Sequence record: SRR31156797_472
DNA length: 49,117 nucleotides
Reading direction: 5' to 3' (one strand)
Shown: one piece after another, positions 1-10,461 of the stretch
Numbering within the stretch: the stretch's first letter is position 1
Layout: the number at the start of each line of letters is the position of its first letter
The notes under the pieces: generated by a model
The model's input: only the letters and a program-made list of their open reading frames with translations
The model's database searches: none
Told to the model about the DNA's origin: nothing
Position numbers and translations under genes: made by a program

Positions 1-32
1 AGTTTCTTTGATATGTTTAAAAGGTGGATAAA

Positions 33-806
33 ATGAAAGTATTAATATTAGCTGGTGGATTAGGAACAAGAATATCTGAAGAGTCTCATTTAAAACCAAA
101 ACCTATGATAGAGATAGGAGGGAAGCCTATACTTTGGCATATTATGAAAATATATTCCCATTATGGTTATAATGAATTTGTGATTTTACTAGGATATAAA
201 GGCTACTTTATAAAAGAGTTTTTTGCAAACTATTATCTACATCAAAGTGATATCACTTTTGATATGAAAGATGGGAAAATGGAAGTCCATAACAATAGTA
301 GTGAACCATGGAAAGTGACACTTATCGATACTGGCCTCAATAGTATGACTGGAGGAAGAATAAAACGTGCTAAAAAATTTATAGAAGATAGTACTTTTTT
401 GTTAACCTATGGTGATGGTGTGAGTGATGTAAATATACAAGAAGTAGTGAAGTTTCATCAAAAAAACAAAAAAATGGCTACTCTTACAGCAATACAACCA
501 GCTGCTAGATTTGGGGCATTGGATATCGATAATGGCTTAGTTAATAGTTTTGTAGAGAAGCCTGATGGAGATGGGAATTGGGTGAATGGTGGATTTATGG
601 TATGTGAACCTGAAGTATTAAATTTAATTGAAGGAGATTCTACTTCATTTGAACAATATCCATTGCAAACACTTGCGAAAAGGGATGAATTGAGTGCTTT
701 TAAGCATTATGGTTTTTGGCAATGTATGGATACACAAAGAGACAAAAAAGTTTTAAATGATTTATGGGAAAATTCAAGCATACCATGGAAAGTATGGAAT
801 GACTAA
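33..806 (+). CDS. rfbF: Glucose-1-phosphate cytidylyltransferase
   Basis: ILAGGLGTRISEESHLKPKPMIEIG, TGGRIKR, LTYGDG, WQCMDT motifs. ATG at 33 follows AAGGTGG, preferred over the ORF-track GTG at 24. Confidence 0.95.
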   Translation: MKVLILAGGLGTRISEESHLKPKPMIEIGGKPILWHIMKIYSHYGYNEFVILLGYKGYFIKEFFANYYLHQSDITFDMKDGKMEVHNNSSEPWKVTLIDTGLNSMTGGRIKRAKKFIEDSTFLLTYGDGVSDVNIQEVVKFHQKNKKMATLTAIQPAARFGALDIDNGLVNSFVEKPDGDGNWVNGGFMVCEPEVLNLIEGDSTSFEQYPLQTLAKRDELSAFKHYGFWQCMDTQRDKKVLNDLWENSSIPWKVWND

Positions 807-1893
807 TCTTTTTGGTAGTATTTATAAAAATAAAACTATTTTAGTAACAGGTCATACTGGATTTAAAGGTTCATGGCTTGTATACTGGCTTGAGTTAATG
901 GGAGCCAAAGTTATAGGATATGCTTTAAAAGCTCCTACTAACCCTAACCATATAGGATTATTAGATCTTGATATTACATCTATAGAGGGGGATATAAGGG
1001 ATCTAGATAAATTAAACAATGTTTTAAGAAAATATAATCCAGATATTGTCTTTCACCTTGCAGCACAACCTTTAGTAAGATTATCCTATTTAAATCCTAT
1101 AGAAACTTATGAGATAAATGTAATGGGTACTTTAAAAGTTTTTGAAGCCTGCAAAACAAATAATATAAAAGCTATAGTAAATATAACCAGTGATAAAGCA
1201 TATGAAAATAAAGAACAAATATGGGGATATAAAGAAATTGATCCTATGGGAGGCTATGATCCATATAGCTCCTCAAAAGCCTGTAGTGAACTTTTAACTA
1301 CATCTTATAGAAATTCATATTTTAATCTAGATGATTATAAAAATACACATAATACCCTACTGGCAAGTTGTAGAGCAGGAAATGTTATAGGTGGTGGAGA
1401 CTGGGCAAAAGATAGATTACTTGTAGATATTATGTTAGCTGTCTCTAAAAATGAAAAAGTTCTTATAAGAAACCCTAATTCTACTAGACCTTGGCAACAT
1501 GTCCTCGAATCTCTGAGCGGCTATTTAAGTATAGGACAAAAACTTCTTGAAGAGGATAAACAGTTTGCAACAGCTTGGAATTTTGGAGCTACAAATAAAA
1601 ATATGACGGTAAAAGAATTAGTAAAAACCAGTAAAAGATATTGGAATAAAATAGATTATACAATCAATCAAAATAAGGATAATTTGCATGAAGCAAACTT
1701 ATTAAAACTCGATTGTACTAAGGCAAATACCATTTTACAATGGGAAAATATATGGGATAGTGAACAAACACTAGAAAAAACAATAACTTGGTATAAAAGC
1801 TATTATGAAGAAGCTAAAGTTTTGACTCAAAATGATTTAAATGAATATATTAATGAAGCAAAAAGTAAAGATCTATTATGGACAAAAAGTTAA
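799..1893 (+). CDS. rfbG: CDP-glucose 4,6-dehydratase
   Basis: VTGHTGFKGSWL, HLAAQPLVR, TSDKAY, YSSSK, RAGNVIGGGDW, RPWQHVLE. Likely start is ATG 799, overlapping the rfbF stop (ORF track 757). Confidence 0.95.
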   Translation: MTNLFGSIYKNKTILVTGHTGFKGSWLVYWLELMGAKVIGYALKAPTNPNHIGLLDLDITSIEGDIRDLDKLNNVLRKYNPDIVFHLAAQPLVRLSYLNPIETYEINVMGTLKVFEACKTNNIKAIVNITSDKAYENKEQIWGYKEIDPMGGYDPYSSSKACSELLTTSYRNSYFNLDDYKNTHNTLLASCRAGNVIGGGDWAKDRLLVDIMLAVSKNEKVLIRNPNSTRPWQHVLESLSGYLSIGQKLLEEDKQFATAWNFGATNKNMTVKELVKTSKRYWNKIDYTINQNKDNLHEANLLKLDCTKANTILQWENIWDSEQTLEKTITWYKSYYEEAKVLTQNDLNEYINEAKSKDLLWTKS

Positions 1894-2447
1894 ATATATC
1901 ATCAACCGATTTTAAAGGTTTATTTATCATTGAACCAAATAGTTTTATTGATGAAAGAGGTTTTTTCTCTAGAATTTTTTGTGAAGAGGAATTACAACAG
2001 ATAGGAAATATACATATAAAACAAATTAATCACTCATACACTAAGGACAAAGGAAGTGTAAGAGGTCTTCATTTTCAATATGAACCAAATAGTGAAGCTA
2101 AAATAATAAAGTGTTTAAAAGGTGCTATTTATGATATAGCAGTAGACATAAGAAAAAACTCACCTACTTTTTTAAAATATTTTTCAATTGAACTCACTCA
2201 AAAGAATCAAAAAATGCTATACATTCCCAAAGGCTTTGCTCATGGTTTTCAAACCTTAGAAAAAGATACAGAAATTCTCTATCTTCATACTAATATATAT
2301 ACTCCAAATAATGAAGCAGGATTAAATATAAAAGATCCAAAAATAAATATAAAGTTACCATTAGATATAGTGTCTTTATCTAAAAGAGATAAAGAACATA
2401 CATTTTTAGATGATCATTTTCAAGGAATAGTTTTAGATGAAATGTAG
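1878..2447 (+). CDS. rfbC: NDP-4-keto-6-deoxyhexose 3,5-epimerase (RmlC/RfbC family)
   Basis: DERGFF, RGLHFQ, DIAVDIR, GFAHGFQTL, LSKRD cupin motifs. Confidence 0.9.
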   Translation: MDKKLNISSTDFKGLFIIEPNSFIDERGFFSRIFCEEELQQIGNIHIKQINHSYTKDKGSVRGLHFQYEPNSEAKIIKCLKGAIYDIAVDIRKNSPTFLKYFSIELTQKNQKMLYIPKGFAHGFQTLEKDTEILYLHTNIYTPNNEAGLNIKDPKINIKLPLDIVSLSKRDKEHTFLDDHFQGIVLDEM

Positions 2448-3648
2448 ATTTTGTAATACCCCTTTAACTCATACTGTAATAGACTTGATAAACTCACCAG
2501 CATCTAACTCCTATTTGAAAAAAGACCAATTAAATGAAGCAGAGGTATTTTATCCTCTTAAAGTTTATGTATGTGATAAATGTAAATTGGTTCAAATAGA
2601 TGAATATAAAAAAGCTAATGATATTTTTAATGAAGAATATGCATATTTTAGTTCATTTTCAAAAAATTGGTTAGAACATGCTAGAAACTATGTAGAGATG
2701 ATAAGTAAACGATTATCATTAGATAGTGAATCTCATGTGATTGAAATAGCTTCTAATGATGGATATTTACTCCAATATTTTCAGCAAAAAAACATTCCCT
2801 GTTTAGGGATAGAACCTACAAAAAGTACAGCAGATGTAGCTAGAGGAAAAGGTATAGAAGTTATAGAAGATTTTTTTGGAATAAACTTAGCAAAAAGTTT
2901 GAAAAATGCAGACCTCATTCTTGGAAATAATGTTTTGGCACATGTTCCAGATATCAATGACTTTGTCAAAGGTTTAAAAATAGTGCTTAAAAAAAATGGA
3001 ACTATAACTATGGAGTTTCCCCATTTACTTAAACTTATAGCAGAAAATCAATTCGATACTATTTATCATGAACATTATTCGTATTTCTCATTATATTCAG
3101 TTATACAAATATTTGAAAAACATGGTTTAAAAATATATGATGTAGAAGAACTATCAACACATGGTGGAAGTTTAAGAATATATGCTACACACACTGACAA
3201 TAATATTATGATAGTAAATAGTGTTACAAATATAGTAGCAAAAGAAAAAAAGTTTGGTCTATATGATATGACTACATATACTTTATTTCAAGATAAAGCA
3301 AATAAAGTAAAATATGATCTTTTAGAGTTTTTATTAACTGCTAAAAAAGAGAAGAAAAGAGTAGTAGGATACGGAGCTGCTGCAAAAGGAAATACTCTTT
3401 TAAATTACTCTGGAATCAAAAATGATCTAATTGATTTTGTAGTGGACAAATCACCTTATAAACAAGAAAAGTATCTCCCTGCAAGTCATATACCAGTAGT
3501 AAGTGAAGAGTATATAAAAGATATAAAACCTGATTACATTTTGATTCTTCCTTGGAATATTAAAAGTGAAATCATATCCCAATTAGATTATGTAAAAAAA
3601 TGGGATTGTAAGTTTGTCACAGCAATACCTCAACTGGAGATATTTTAA
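2437..3648 (+). CDS. NDP-hexose 3-C-methyltransferase (Zn-binding, class I SAM)
   Basis: N-terminal CRFC...CDKC Zn motif, EIASNDG, IYHEHYSYF, THGGSLR, GYGAAAKG, LPWN; TcaB9/TylCIII-type architecture. Confidence 0.88.
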   Translation: MKCRFCNTPLTHTVIDLINSPASNSYLKKDQLNEAEVFYPLKVYVCDKCKLVQIDEYKKANDIFNEEYAYFSSFSKNWLEHARNYVEMISKRLSLDSESHVIEIASNDGYLLQYFQQKNIPCLGIEPTKSTADVARGKGIEVIEDFFGINLAKSLKNADLILGNNVLAHVPDINDFVKGLKIVLKKNGTITMEFPHLLKLIAENQFDTIYHEHYSYFSLYSVIQIFEKHGLKIYDVEELSTHGGSLRIYATHTDNNIMIVNSVTNIVAKEKKFGLYDMTTYTLFQDKANKVKYDLLEFLLTAKKEKKRVVGYGAAAKGNTLLNYSGIKNDLIDFVVDKSPYKQEKYLPASHIPVVSEEYIKDIKPDYILILPWNIKSEIISQLDYVKKWDCKFVTAIPQLEIF

Positions 3649-4769
3649 TGAATAAAAAACATATATCTTATGCAAAACCTAGTATTACTGATATTGAGAA
3701 AAAATATGTATGTGATGCGATTGAAAATGGATGGGGGAAAGCTTGTTATAATTATATTTTTAAATTTCAAGAGAGTTATAAAAAATATTTAAATGTATCC
3801 CATGCAATTGCTACATCAAGCTGTACAGGAGCTTTACATATTGCTCTTAAAACAATAGGTATTGAACCTAATGATGAGATTATTGTTCCTGATGCAACTT
3901 GGGTTGCATCAGTGGCACCGATAACATATCTATGTGGCACTCCAATATTTGTTGATGTTTTAGAAGACACCTGGTGTATTGATCCAAAAAAACTAGAAAA
4001 TGCTATTACTCCCAAAACAAAAGCCATCATAGTTGTTCATTTATATGGTAGTGTGTGTGAGATGGATGAAATAATGGAAATAGCAAAAAAATATGGTCTT
4101 TATGTAATAGAAGATGCTGCTGAAGCTATTGGAAGTGAATATAAAGGCAAAAAAGCAGGATCAATGGGGGATTTTGGAGTTTTTTCTTTTCATGGAACTA
4201 AAACTATCACTACTGGTGAGGGTGGAATGTTAGTATGCAATGATAAAGCATTGTATGAAAAAGCCTCTATTTTACATGATCATGGGAGAGATCCACAAAT
4301 TGAAAAAACTTTTTGGGCAGAATATATAGGATTTAAATATAAAATGTCAAATATTCAAGCAGCTATAGGCTATGGACAAATGCAAAGAATAGAGATATTA
4401 GTACAACGAAAAATTGATATTTTTTATAGATATAAAGAACTATTATCCAAAATCAATAATATTACTCTTAATAAAGAACAGGCATATTGCAAAAACAGCT
4501 ATTGGATGCCTACTATCATTTTAGATGAAACTTTAGGGATTAAAGCAAAAGAATTAATAAAATATTTAAATAATCATCATATAGATGCCAGACCATTTTT
4601 TTATCCTGTGAGTAGTTTTCCAGAATTCAAAGAAGAAGATAAAAACAAAATAAGTAAAAAGCTATCACAATATGGTTTGAACCTTCCTAGCAATTTTGAT
4701 ATGACACAAAATGATATAGAAAGAGTTGTACAACTTTTAAAACAATTTATCGGTAAAGATATAAAATGA
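3648..4769 (+). CDS. DegT/DnrJ/EryC1/StrS sugar aminotransferase (perosamine synthase-like)
   Basis: SSCTGALH, EDAAEA, FSFHGTKTITTGEGG with PLP Lys. Confidence 0.9.
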   Translation: MNKKHISYAKPSITDIEKKYVCDAIENGWGKACYNYIFKFQESYKKYLNVSHAIATSSCTGALHIALKTIGIEPNDEIIVPDATWVASVAPITYLCGTPIFVDVLEDTWCIDPKKLENAITPKTKAIIVVHLYGSVCEMDEIMEIAKKYGLYVIEDAAEAIGSEYKGKKAGSMGDFGVFSFHGTKTITTGEGGMLVCNDKALYEKASILHDHGRDPQIEKTFWAEYIGFKYKMSNIQAAIGYGQMQRIEILVQRKIDIFYRYKELLSKINNITLNKEQAYCKNSYWMPTIILDETLGIKAKELIKYLNNHHIDARPFFYPVSSFPEFKEEDKNKISKKLSQYGLNLPSNFDMTQNDIERVVQLLKQFIGKDIK

Positions 4770-5413
4770 AAAAAGAAGAACTTATTATTTGGGGGGCAAC
4801 AGGACAAGCAATAGTCTTGGAAGAATTTTTAAAGGAGCATTTTACAATCAAAGCTTTTTTTGACAATAACAATACTATAAAAAGTCCTTTTTCTTACATT
4901 CCTATTTTTTATGGGAAAAAGGAGTTTGAAAAATGGTCACAAACAAATAATAAATGTTCTTTTACAGTTGCAGTAGGTGGAGCACATGGAAAAGACAGGG
5001 TGGGAATATCCAAATATCTACTAGATAAAGGCTTTGAACCAATCAATGCTATTCATCCTAAATCAATTATTGCTTCTAATGCAGAGTTAGGAACAGGTAC
5101 TCAAATTATGATGGGAGCTGTTATCGCGGCAAAAGTGAAAATTGGAGATTATTCAATTATCAATACAGCTTCCTCAATTGATCATGAATGTGAAATATCA
5201 AGAGGGTGTCATATTGGCCCAGGAACTAAACTAGCTGGTAATATAAAGATAGATGAATATACATTTATAGGAACAGGTGCTATTATATTACCAAATATAA
5301 AAATAGGAAAAAATTGTGTTATTGGTGCAGGAAGTGTAGTAACAAAAGATATTCCTGACAATAAAATAGTTTATGGTAATCCGGCACAAATCAAAGGAGA
5401 AACAAATGGATGA
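4766..5413 (+). CDS. Sugar N/O-acetyltransferase, NeuD/PglD/PerB hexapeptide family
   Basis: IWGATGQA N-domain, INTASSIDHEC, hexapeptide repeats, GAGSVVTKD, GNPA. Confidence 0.88.
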   Translation: MKKEELIIWGATGQAIVLEEFLKEHFTIKAFFDNNNTIKSPFSYIPIFYGKKEFEKWSQTNNKCSFTVAVGGAHGKDRVGISKYLLDKGFEPINAIHPKSIIASNAELGTGTQIMMGAVIAAKVKIGDYSIINTASSIDHECEISRGCHIGPGTKLAGNIKIDEYTFIGTGAIILPNIKIGKNCVIGAGSVVTKDIPDNKIVYGNPAQIKGETNG

Positions 5414-6152
5414 AATAGAAAAATTTGAATTAGAGAAAAAAAATAATATTGAGAAACTTTCTGATGAGAAATATAAAAAACTTGGATTAGAGTTTATCAA
5501 TAAAACAGCAGATTTACAATATTCATACAATTTTTCATGGTTAGGACGACCTATAATACAATTTCCACAGGATATTATTGCTTTAGAAGAGATTATTTGG
5601 GAAGTCAAACCTGATTTGATTATAGAAACAGGAATAGCACATGGAGGTTCATTAATATTTTCTGCATCTATGCTTACACTTCTTGAAGCTTGTAAAGAGA
5701 TTGAAAATGGACAAGTTTTAGGGATTGATATAGATATACGTGAACATAATAAAAAAGCAATAGAATCACACCCTATGAGTAGTAAAATTACTATGTTTGA
5801 AGGTTCAAGTATAGATGAAAATATGATAACATCAGTGAAAACATTCGCTAAAGATGCTAAAAAAATATTAGTATGTCTTGATAGTAACCATACCCATGAT
5901 CATGTGTTAGCAGAATTAGAGGCCTATGCAGATTTAGTAAGTATAGATAGTTATTGTTGTGTATTTGATACAGTTATTGAAGATATGCCTAAAGATAGTT
6001 TTCCTCATAGACCTTGGGATATAGGGAACAATCCTAAAACAGCTGTTTTCGAGTTTTTAAAAAATAATGATCACTTTGAAATTGATAGAAGTAGAGAAAA
6101 CAAAACCCTTATAACTGTTGCACCGAGTGGTTACCTAAAAAGAGTAAAATAG
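5406..6152 (+). CDS. CmcI (cephalosporin hydroxylase)/rhamnosyl O-methyltransferase family protein
   Basis: YSYNFSWLGRPIIQFPQD, IETGIAHGGSL, LDSNHTHDHV, NNPKTAV, APSGYLKR. ATG 5406 follows AAGGAG (ORF track 5373). Confidence 0.88.
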   Translation: MDEIEKFELEKKNNIEKLSDEKYKKLGLEFINKTADLQYSYNFSWLGRPIIQFPQDIIALEEIIWEVKPDLIIETGIAHGGSLIFSASMLTLLEACKEIENGQVLGIDIDIREHNKKAIESHPMSSKITMFEGSSIDENMITSVKTFAKDAKKILVCLDSNHTHDHVLAELEAYADLVSIDSYCCVFDTVIEDMPKDSFPHRPWDIGNNPKTAVFEFLKNNDHFEIDRSRENKTLITVAPSGYLKRVK

Positions 6153-6155
6153 ATA

Positions 6156-9100
6156 ATGGATACAGTAATAAATCAAAACTTATCATATCTTCAAAAGAAC
6201 TTTCCAAAAATACTTCATAAGTTGCAAAACCATACCTATGATCAACAACATCAAAGAGTAGATATTGGATCAAAGCTCAATCTAAAAATCAACATCATAA
6301 GAGATAAAAATGATATAGAATCATTTAGTTCTCCATCCTATAAGATTATAGAACAGCAAGAGATAATTAAACAAAAGCATATTAATGTTTCTAAAGTCGT
6401 TATCTTTAGTTCTTTTGATATAAATAGTTTAAAACACTTTTTAACTAATCAACACATACATAGTGTTTTGATTTATGAAACAAACTTGAATTATTTATTA
6501 GAAGTTTTCCATCAAATAGCATTTTTTCAATATAGTATTGAAAAAAAAATATTTATAGCAACAGACTATAATGAATTAAAAGAACTCACTTTTAAGTTTT
6601 TACTTGATAAATCATATTGTAATAATGACATTTTACTTTATAGTTCAAATCAAAAATATACTGCTTTATTAGAAAAAGAGTATGTTGGGATATTTAATGA
6701 TTATTTTAGCTTACATTTTGAAGCTGCTGCATCAGCAGTTCAGAATAAAAGTTTAAATATAAAAAATAAGTATCAATACCTAGCTGTATATAATCAATTT
6801 CAAAATATAGAACTCCCCATACTTTTTTTAGCCCCTGGTCCATCATTACTAAAAAACATACAATGGATAGAAAAACATAAAAATAACTTTATTATTGCAG
6901 CGGCGGGTTCTGCCCTTAATATACTTTATGAAAATCATATTGATGTTGATATTGTATTTTCTGTAGATATGAAAATAAGAATAGCAGAGCAATTTAAAAA
7001 TATTGATCTAAAATATTTGGAAAAAGTACTATTAATTGCTAATGAATCAACTGATATAGGAGTATTGAAACTCTTTAAAAAAGTACTTATCTCTGAATAT
7101 TCAAATATAACTGTTAATCATTTTGCTTTGAATATTTTATTAGGTTTAGGGCACAAACTTATTCTTACTTTGGGAAATGATGCTGCTTATGGAAGTGATG
7201 GAAATGAATATTCAAATGGAGTTATATTTGATAAATACGAAGATAAGAGTTATATCAATGTAGCTGGAAACTTTCAACAAAATGTTTTAAGTAGTCATGA
7301 GTTTTTTAACCATATAAAAATATATACAGAGATTTTATCTAAGCATGAAAATCTATCTATATTTAATCTATCTGATGGAGCGTATATTGAGGGAATGATC
7401 CCTTTAGCAATATCAGAAATTCAAGAAAATACATTTCCTGATATTGAGGATAAAAAACTAGAATATCAAAAAACACTTCATAGTTTTACATACCAATTAA
7501 CTTATTTTGAAGATATTAAAGTGATTATTTCATCATTAAAAAAAATAAAAAAACGTGTTCATAAAAATCATTCAAAGAACCATATTGAATTGATAAAAGA
7601 TGTATCAAAAGCTACTTTTGAGCTAAACAACTCTCATATTCAAAAAATATTAATGAATATATTATTTCATGTCAATAATATTATAGATGAAAAAGATACT
7701 ACTCTGCTAGATATCTATACATTATACAAAAATATTTTAGATGAAACTCTCGATACCTACATAAAAGCCTACTCTTATCAAAGTAGCATTCATAAACCAA
7801 ATATAATCATTGAAAACTATTTACCGAAAAATGATCAATTTAGTATCAATAAACTTGTAGAGATAAATGGAGTTAAAACAGATTCTTTTTTAAAAACTCT
7901 GTTATATAAAAAGAAACTCAAAAATAAAAATAGTTTAGCTAAGGAAGATGGAAAGTTTATGGTTGGACTATATCTTGATACTTTAGATCAGGATTTTAAA
8001 TATGCTTTAGAAATTCAATTGTTTAACTTTACAAATCACAAAAGCCACCTTTTAAAACTTAACTCTTTATATCAGATCATGACTAAAATGAGGTTAGAAA
8101 AATTAGAGGATATAGCTTATGATATAATAATTGATATGTATACTATACTATTAAATGATCAATCTTTTTTTAATACAAACTATTCCTATTTAAGTGAGTA
8201 TATAAAATATTATTATGCATTTTATCTTATTAAAAGAGATGAACTTTTTAAAAAAAACTTATCAGAACTAAGCTCGTTATTCAAAAACTTATTAAATACT
8301 AATATTAGTGTTTTTGAATTAATAAGCATCTATGACCATATCACTTTTATCTACTGGGGAACTATGAAACAAGAATCTGATTTAAAAGTGTGTAACAACT
8401 TAGTAATTGAATCTTTTTCACTATATTTAAATAACTATTTTAAAAAAACAAATATTAAAAAAAGAGAACATCTAGTATCAAATAAAAAGAAAAGAATTTG
8501 CTTTTTATTGAGTAAACTAGTAAAAAGTGGTAGCTACTCTGTAGGCAAAATTGAGTATTCATTATTGCGATCACTATCTTTAGATTCAAATGAACAGTAT
8601 GATTTTTATTGTTATGAATATTGGGGAATCGAAGAAGAATACAAACAAGAAATAGAAAAGTTTAGTATAAACTTAAGAAGCTTTAGTCATATTAATGATA
8701 TCAAAACTAAACTTGAGAATATGAGGAATGCATTTTTTGAAGATAATATAGATGTGGTAATAAGTGATATGCCATGGGGAATACCATCTTATTTGTTTGA
8801 AAGTAGAGTTGCTAATAAACAAATATATTGGTCTCATGGATGGCATGAATACAATATGCAGGAGATAGATAAAAGAGTCACTCATGGCTTAGCTTTTGAA
8901 ACAGAATTTTTAAATGGATACCAATATTATAAAATAAACATACCCCATTTACATATTAAAGAAAACGAAGATAATAAAGAGGCAAAACTAATAAAAAAGG
9001 ACTATTTAAATAAATTTGGATCTGATACTGTTATTTTAGGAACCCTTAGTAGACTTGTTAAAATAAATAATAATGAATTTATAAAAACACTCAGTAAAAT

Positions 9101-9578
9101 AATGTCTCAAAATACAAATACTATTTACCTTGCATGTGGGGAAGGAGATCAAAAAGATATTACGAAAAAGTTATTAACATATAATATAGATATGAAAAGA
9201 TTTTTATTTTTAGGTCAGGTTTCATCAGAAATTTATTTTGAGGTACTTGATATTTGGTGTGATACTTTTCCTATAGTACAAGGGGAGTCTAGAGTAGAAG
9301 CAGCGTTAAGAGGGTTACCACTTTTATTATTAATGCAAGAGAGCAATGAAGGGTTCAATTTACCAAAAGAACAAATCAAAGGGTATAGACCTCAGCAAGA
9401 AATAGCTAAGAAATACAATTATCCCTTTTATCCTATTATCACTCCTGAAGAATATATTATTATGGCAAAGGCACTTATTAGTAATGAATCATTTAGAAAA
9501 AAGATAGGGCAATCTTTCCAAAATGATTATCAAAGAAGTTATATAAAAAATAAATTAGATTACTCTCATATCTTATAA
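6156..9578 (+). CDS. Maf/DUF115 (MptE-like) flagellin glycosyltransferase domain fused to a C-terminal GT41 (OGT/HMW1C/FlmG-like) glycosyltransferase domain
   Basis: N-half: LAPGPSL..NI.WI, IAAAGSALNIL, VFSVD, LGNDAAY, FNLSDGAYIEG. C-half: SRVANKQIYWSHG, GTLSRLVKIN, LDIWCDTFP..QGES..EA..RGLP. Confidence 0.75.
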   Translation: MDTVINQNLSYLQKNFPKILHKLQNHTYDQQHQRVDIGSKLNLKINIIRDKNDIESFSSPSYKIIEQQEIIKQKHINVSKVVIFSSFDINSLKHFLTNQHIHSVLIYETNLNYLLEVFHQIAFFQYSIEKKIFIATDYNELKELTFKFLLDKSYCNNDILLYSSNQKYTALLEKEYVGIFNDYFSLHFEAAASAVQNKSLNIKNKYQYLAVYNQFQNIELPILFLAPGPSLLKNIQWIEKHKNNFIIAAAGSALNILYENHIDVDIVFSVDMKIRIAEQFKNIDLKYLEKVLLIANESTDIGVLKLFKKVLISEYSNITVNHFALNILLGLGHKLILTLGNDAAYGSDGNEYSNGVIFDKYEDKSYINVAGNFQQNVLSSHEFFNHIKIYTEILSKHENLSIFNLSDGAYIEGMIPLAISEIQENTFPDIEDKKLEYQKTLHSFTYQLTYFEDIKVIISSLKKIKKRVHKNHSKNHIELIKDVSKATFELNNSHIQKILMNILFHVNNIIDEKDTTLLDIYTLYKNILDETLDTYIKAYSYQSSIHKPNIIIENYLPKNDQFSINKLVEINGVKTDSFLKTLLYKKKLKNKNSLAKEDGKFMVGLYLDTLDQDFKYALEIQLFNFTNHKSHLLKLNSLYQIMTKMRLEKLEDIAYDIIIDMYTILLNDQSFFNTNYSYLSEYIKYYYAFYLIKRDELFKKNLSELSSLFKNLLNTNISVFELISIYDHITFIYWGTMKQESDLKVCNNLVIESFSLYLNNYFKKTNIKKREHLVSNKKKRICFLLSKLVKSGSYSVGKIEYSLLRSLSLDSNEQYDFYCYEYWGIEEEYKQEIEKFSINLRSFSHINDIKTKLENMRNAFFEDNIDVVISDMPWGIPSYLFESRVANKQIYWSHGWHEYNMQEIDKRVTHGLAFETEFLNGYQYYKINIPHLHIKENEDNKEAKLIKKDYLNKFGSDTVILGTLSRLVKINNNEFIKTLSKIMSQNTNTIYLACGEGDQKDITKKLLTYNIDMKRFLFLGQVSSEIYFEVLDIWCDTFPIVQGESRVEAALRGLPLLLLMQESNEGFNLPKEQIKGYRPQQEIAKKYNYPFYPIITPEEYIIMAKALISNESFRKKIGQSFQNDYQRSYIKNKLDYSHIL

Positions 9579-10451
9579 TTTAACTTTATCTACAGTTTTT
9601 TGAATATACTCTTCTTCAAGATTAAACCATTCAATATTTTTAAATGTATCAATTTTTTCATTTAATAAATAATGTCCAGCCGTAAAGGTAAGAAACATCA
9701 CTCTTCTACTTGTTTGTGAAATATATTTTGCCCGATGGATACCTTCACCTGTGTTGACAATAAATAAATCTCCTTGTTTCCCAATTGCATGAGATATTGG
9801 ATATTTTGAAATAATTTCTTCTTCTTTTAATTCATTTCTATTCCAAGGTAGATTGGGAGTATTATTTGATCCTACTGCATACTCTAAATGTGTATCATCA
9901 ATGGTTAAATCCTCAAGAAGAAGCATGCAAATTGTTTGCTTATAATAGTCAATATGAAATTTAGAATCTATTGATAACTCTGTATTTACTAAACTTGTAG
10001 GCTGCGCACAAACAATTGCTGGTTGTTCTCTGTAATATGGCTGTGTTTTAAAAAAATGATATATAATCTTTATTAAACTTCTATTAAAGTATAAATCTTT
10101 TAATTTTAAATCAGTAAAACTTAGGCTTGCAACTTGGGTGCCAATGTTTTTATTTCTTTGCGTAATACCAATTTCATTCATATATAAATTATCGTTTAAA
10201 GTTTTATTTTTAATCAAAGCTTCACAATAAGTTTCATTGATATATCGAGCTAATGTTTCAAAACTCCATGGAACCTTTACTAAGCCATTCTCTTCAAGTT
10301 CTTTTAATACTTTCTTTTCTTCACTATTTAAAACTATCCTATTGTGAAATTTATCTGGTTTATAATAATATTTATAAACTAAATTTTTAAGTTTTTCATT
10401 ATCTAAAATTTTATGTTGTAGTATTTTCTTCATTTGATAATTGACTGACAT
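9573..10451 (-). CDS. Fe(II)/2-oxoglutarate dioxygenase, PhyH-like
   Basis: FHID (HxD), LEYAVGS, GKQGDLFIVNT..IHRA, distal RR. Confidence 0.65.
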   Translation of the reverse strand: MSVNYQMKKILQHKILDNEKLKNLVYKYYYKPDKFHNRIVLNSEEKKVLKELEENGLVKVPWSFETLARYINETYCEALIKNKTLNDNLYMNEIGITQRNKNIGTQVASLSFTDLKLKDLYFNRSLIKIIYHFFKTQPYYREQPAIVCAQPTSLVNTELSIDSKFHIDYYKQTICMLLLEDLTIDDTHLEYAVGSNNTPNLPWNRNELKEEEIISKYPISHAIGKQGDLFIVNTGEGIHRAKYISQTSRRVMFLTFTAGHYLLNEKIDTFKNIEWFNLEEEYIQKTVDKVKL

Positions 10452-10461
10452 AAAATATCCT

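Noticed and set aside
4791-4796. G6 run at the start of the acetyltransferase
   Set aside because: Too short for high-frequency slippage, and it encodes the conserved WGA motif
5406-6152. Cephalosporin or antibiotic biosynthesis
   Set aside because: CmcI-family proteins in glycan clusters are methyltransferase-fold tailoring enzymes; no beta-lactam genes are present
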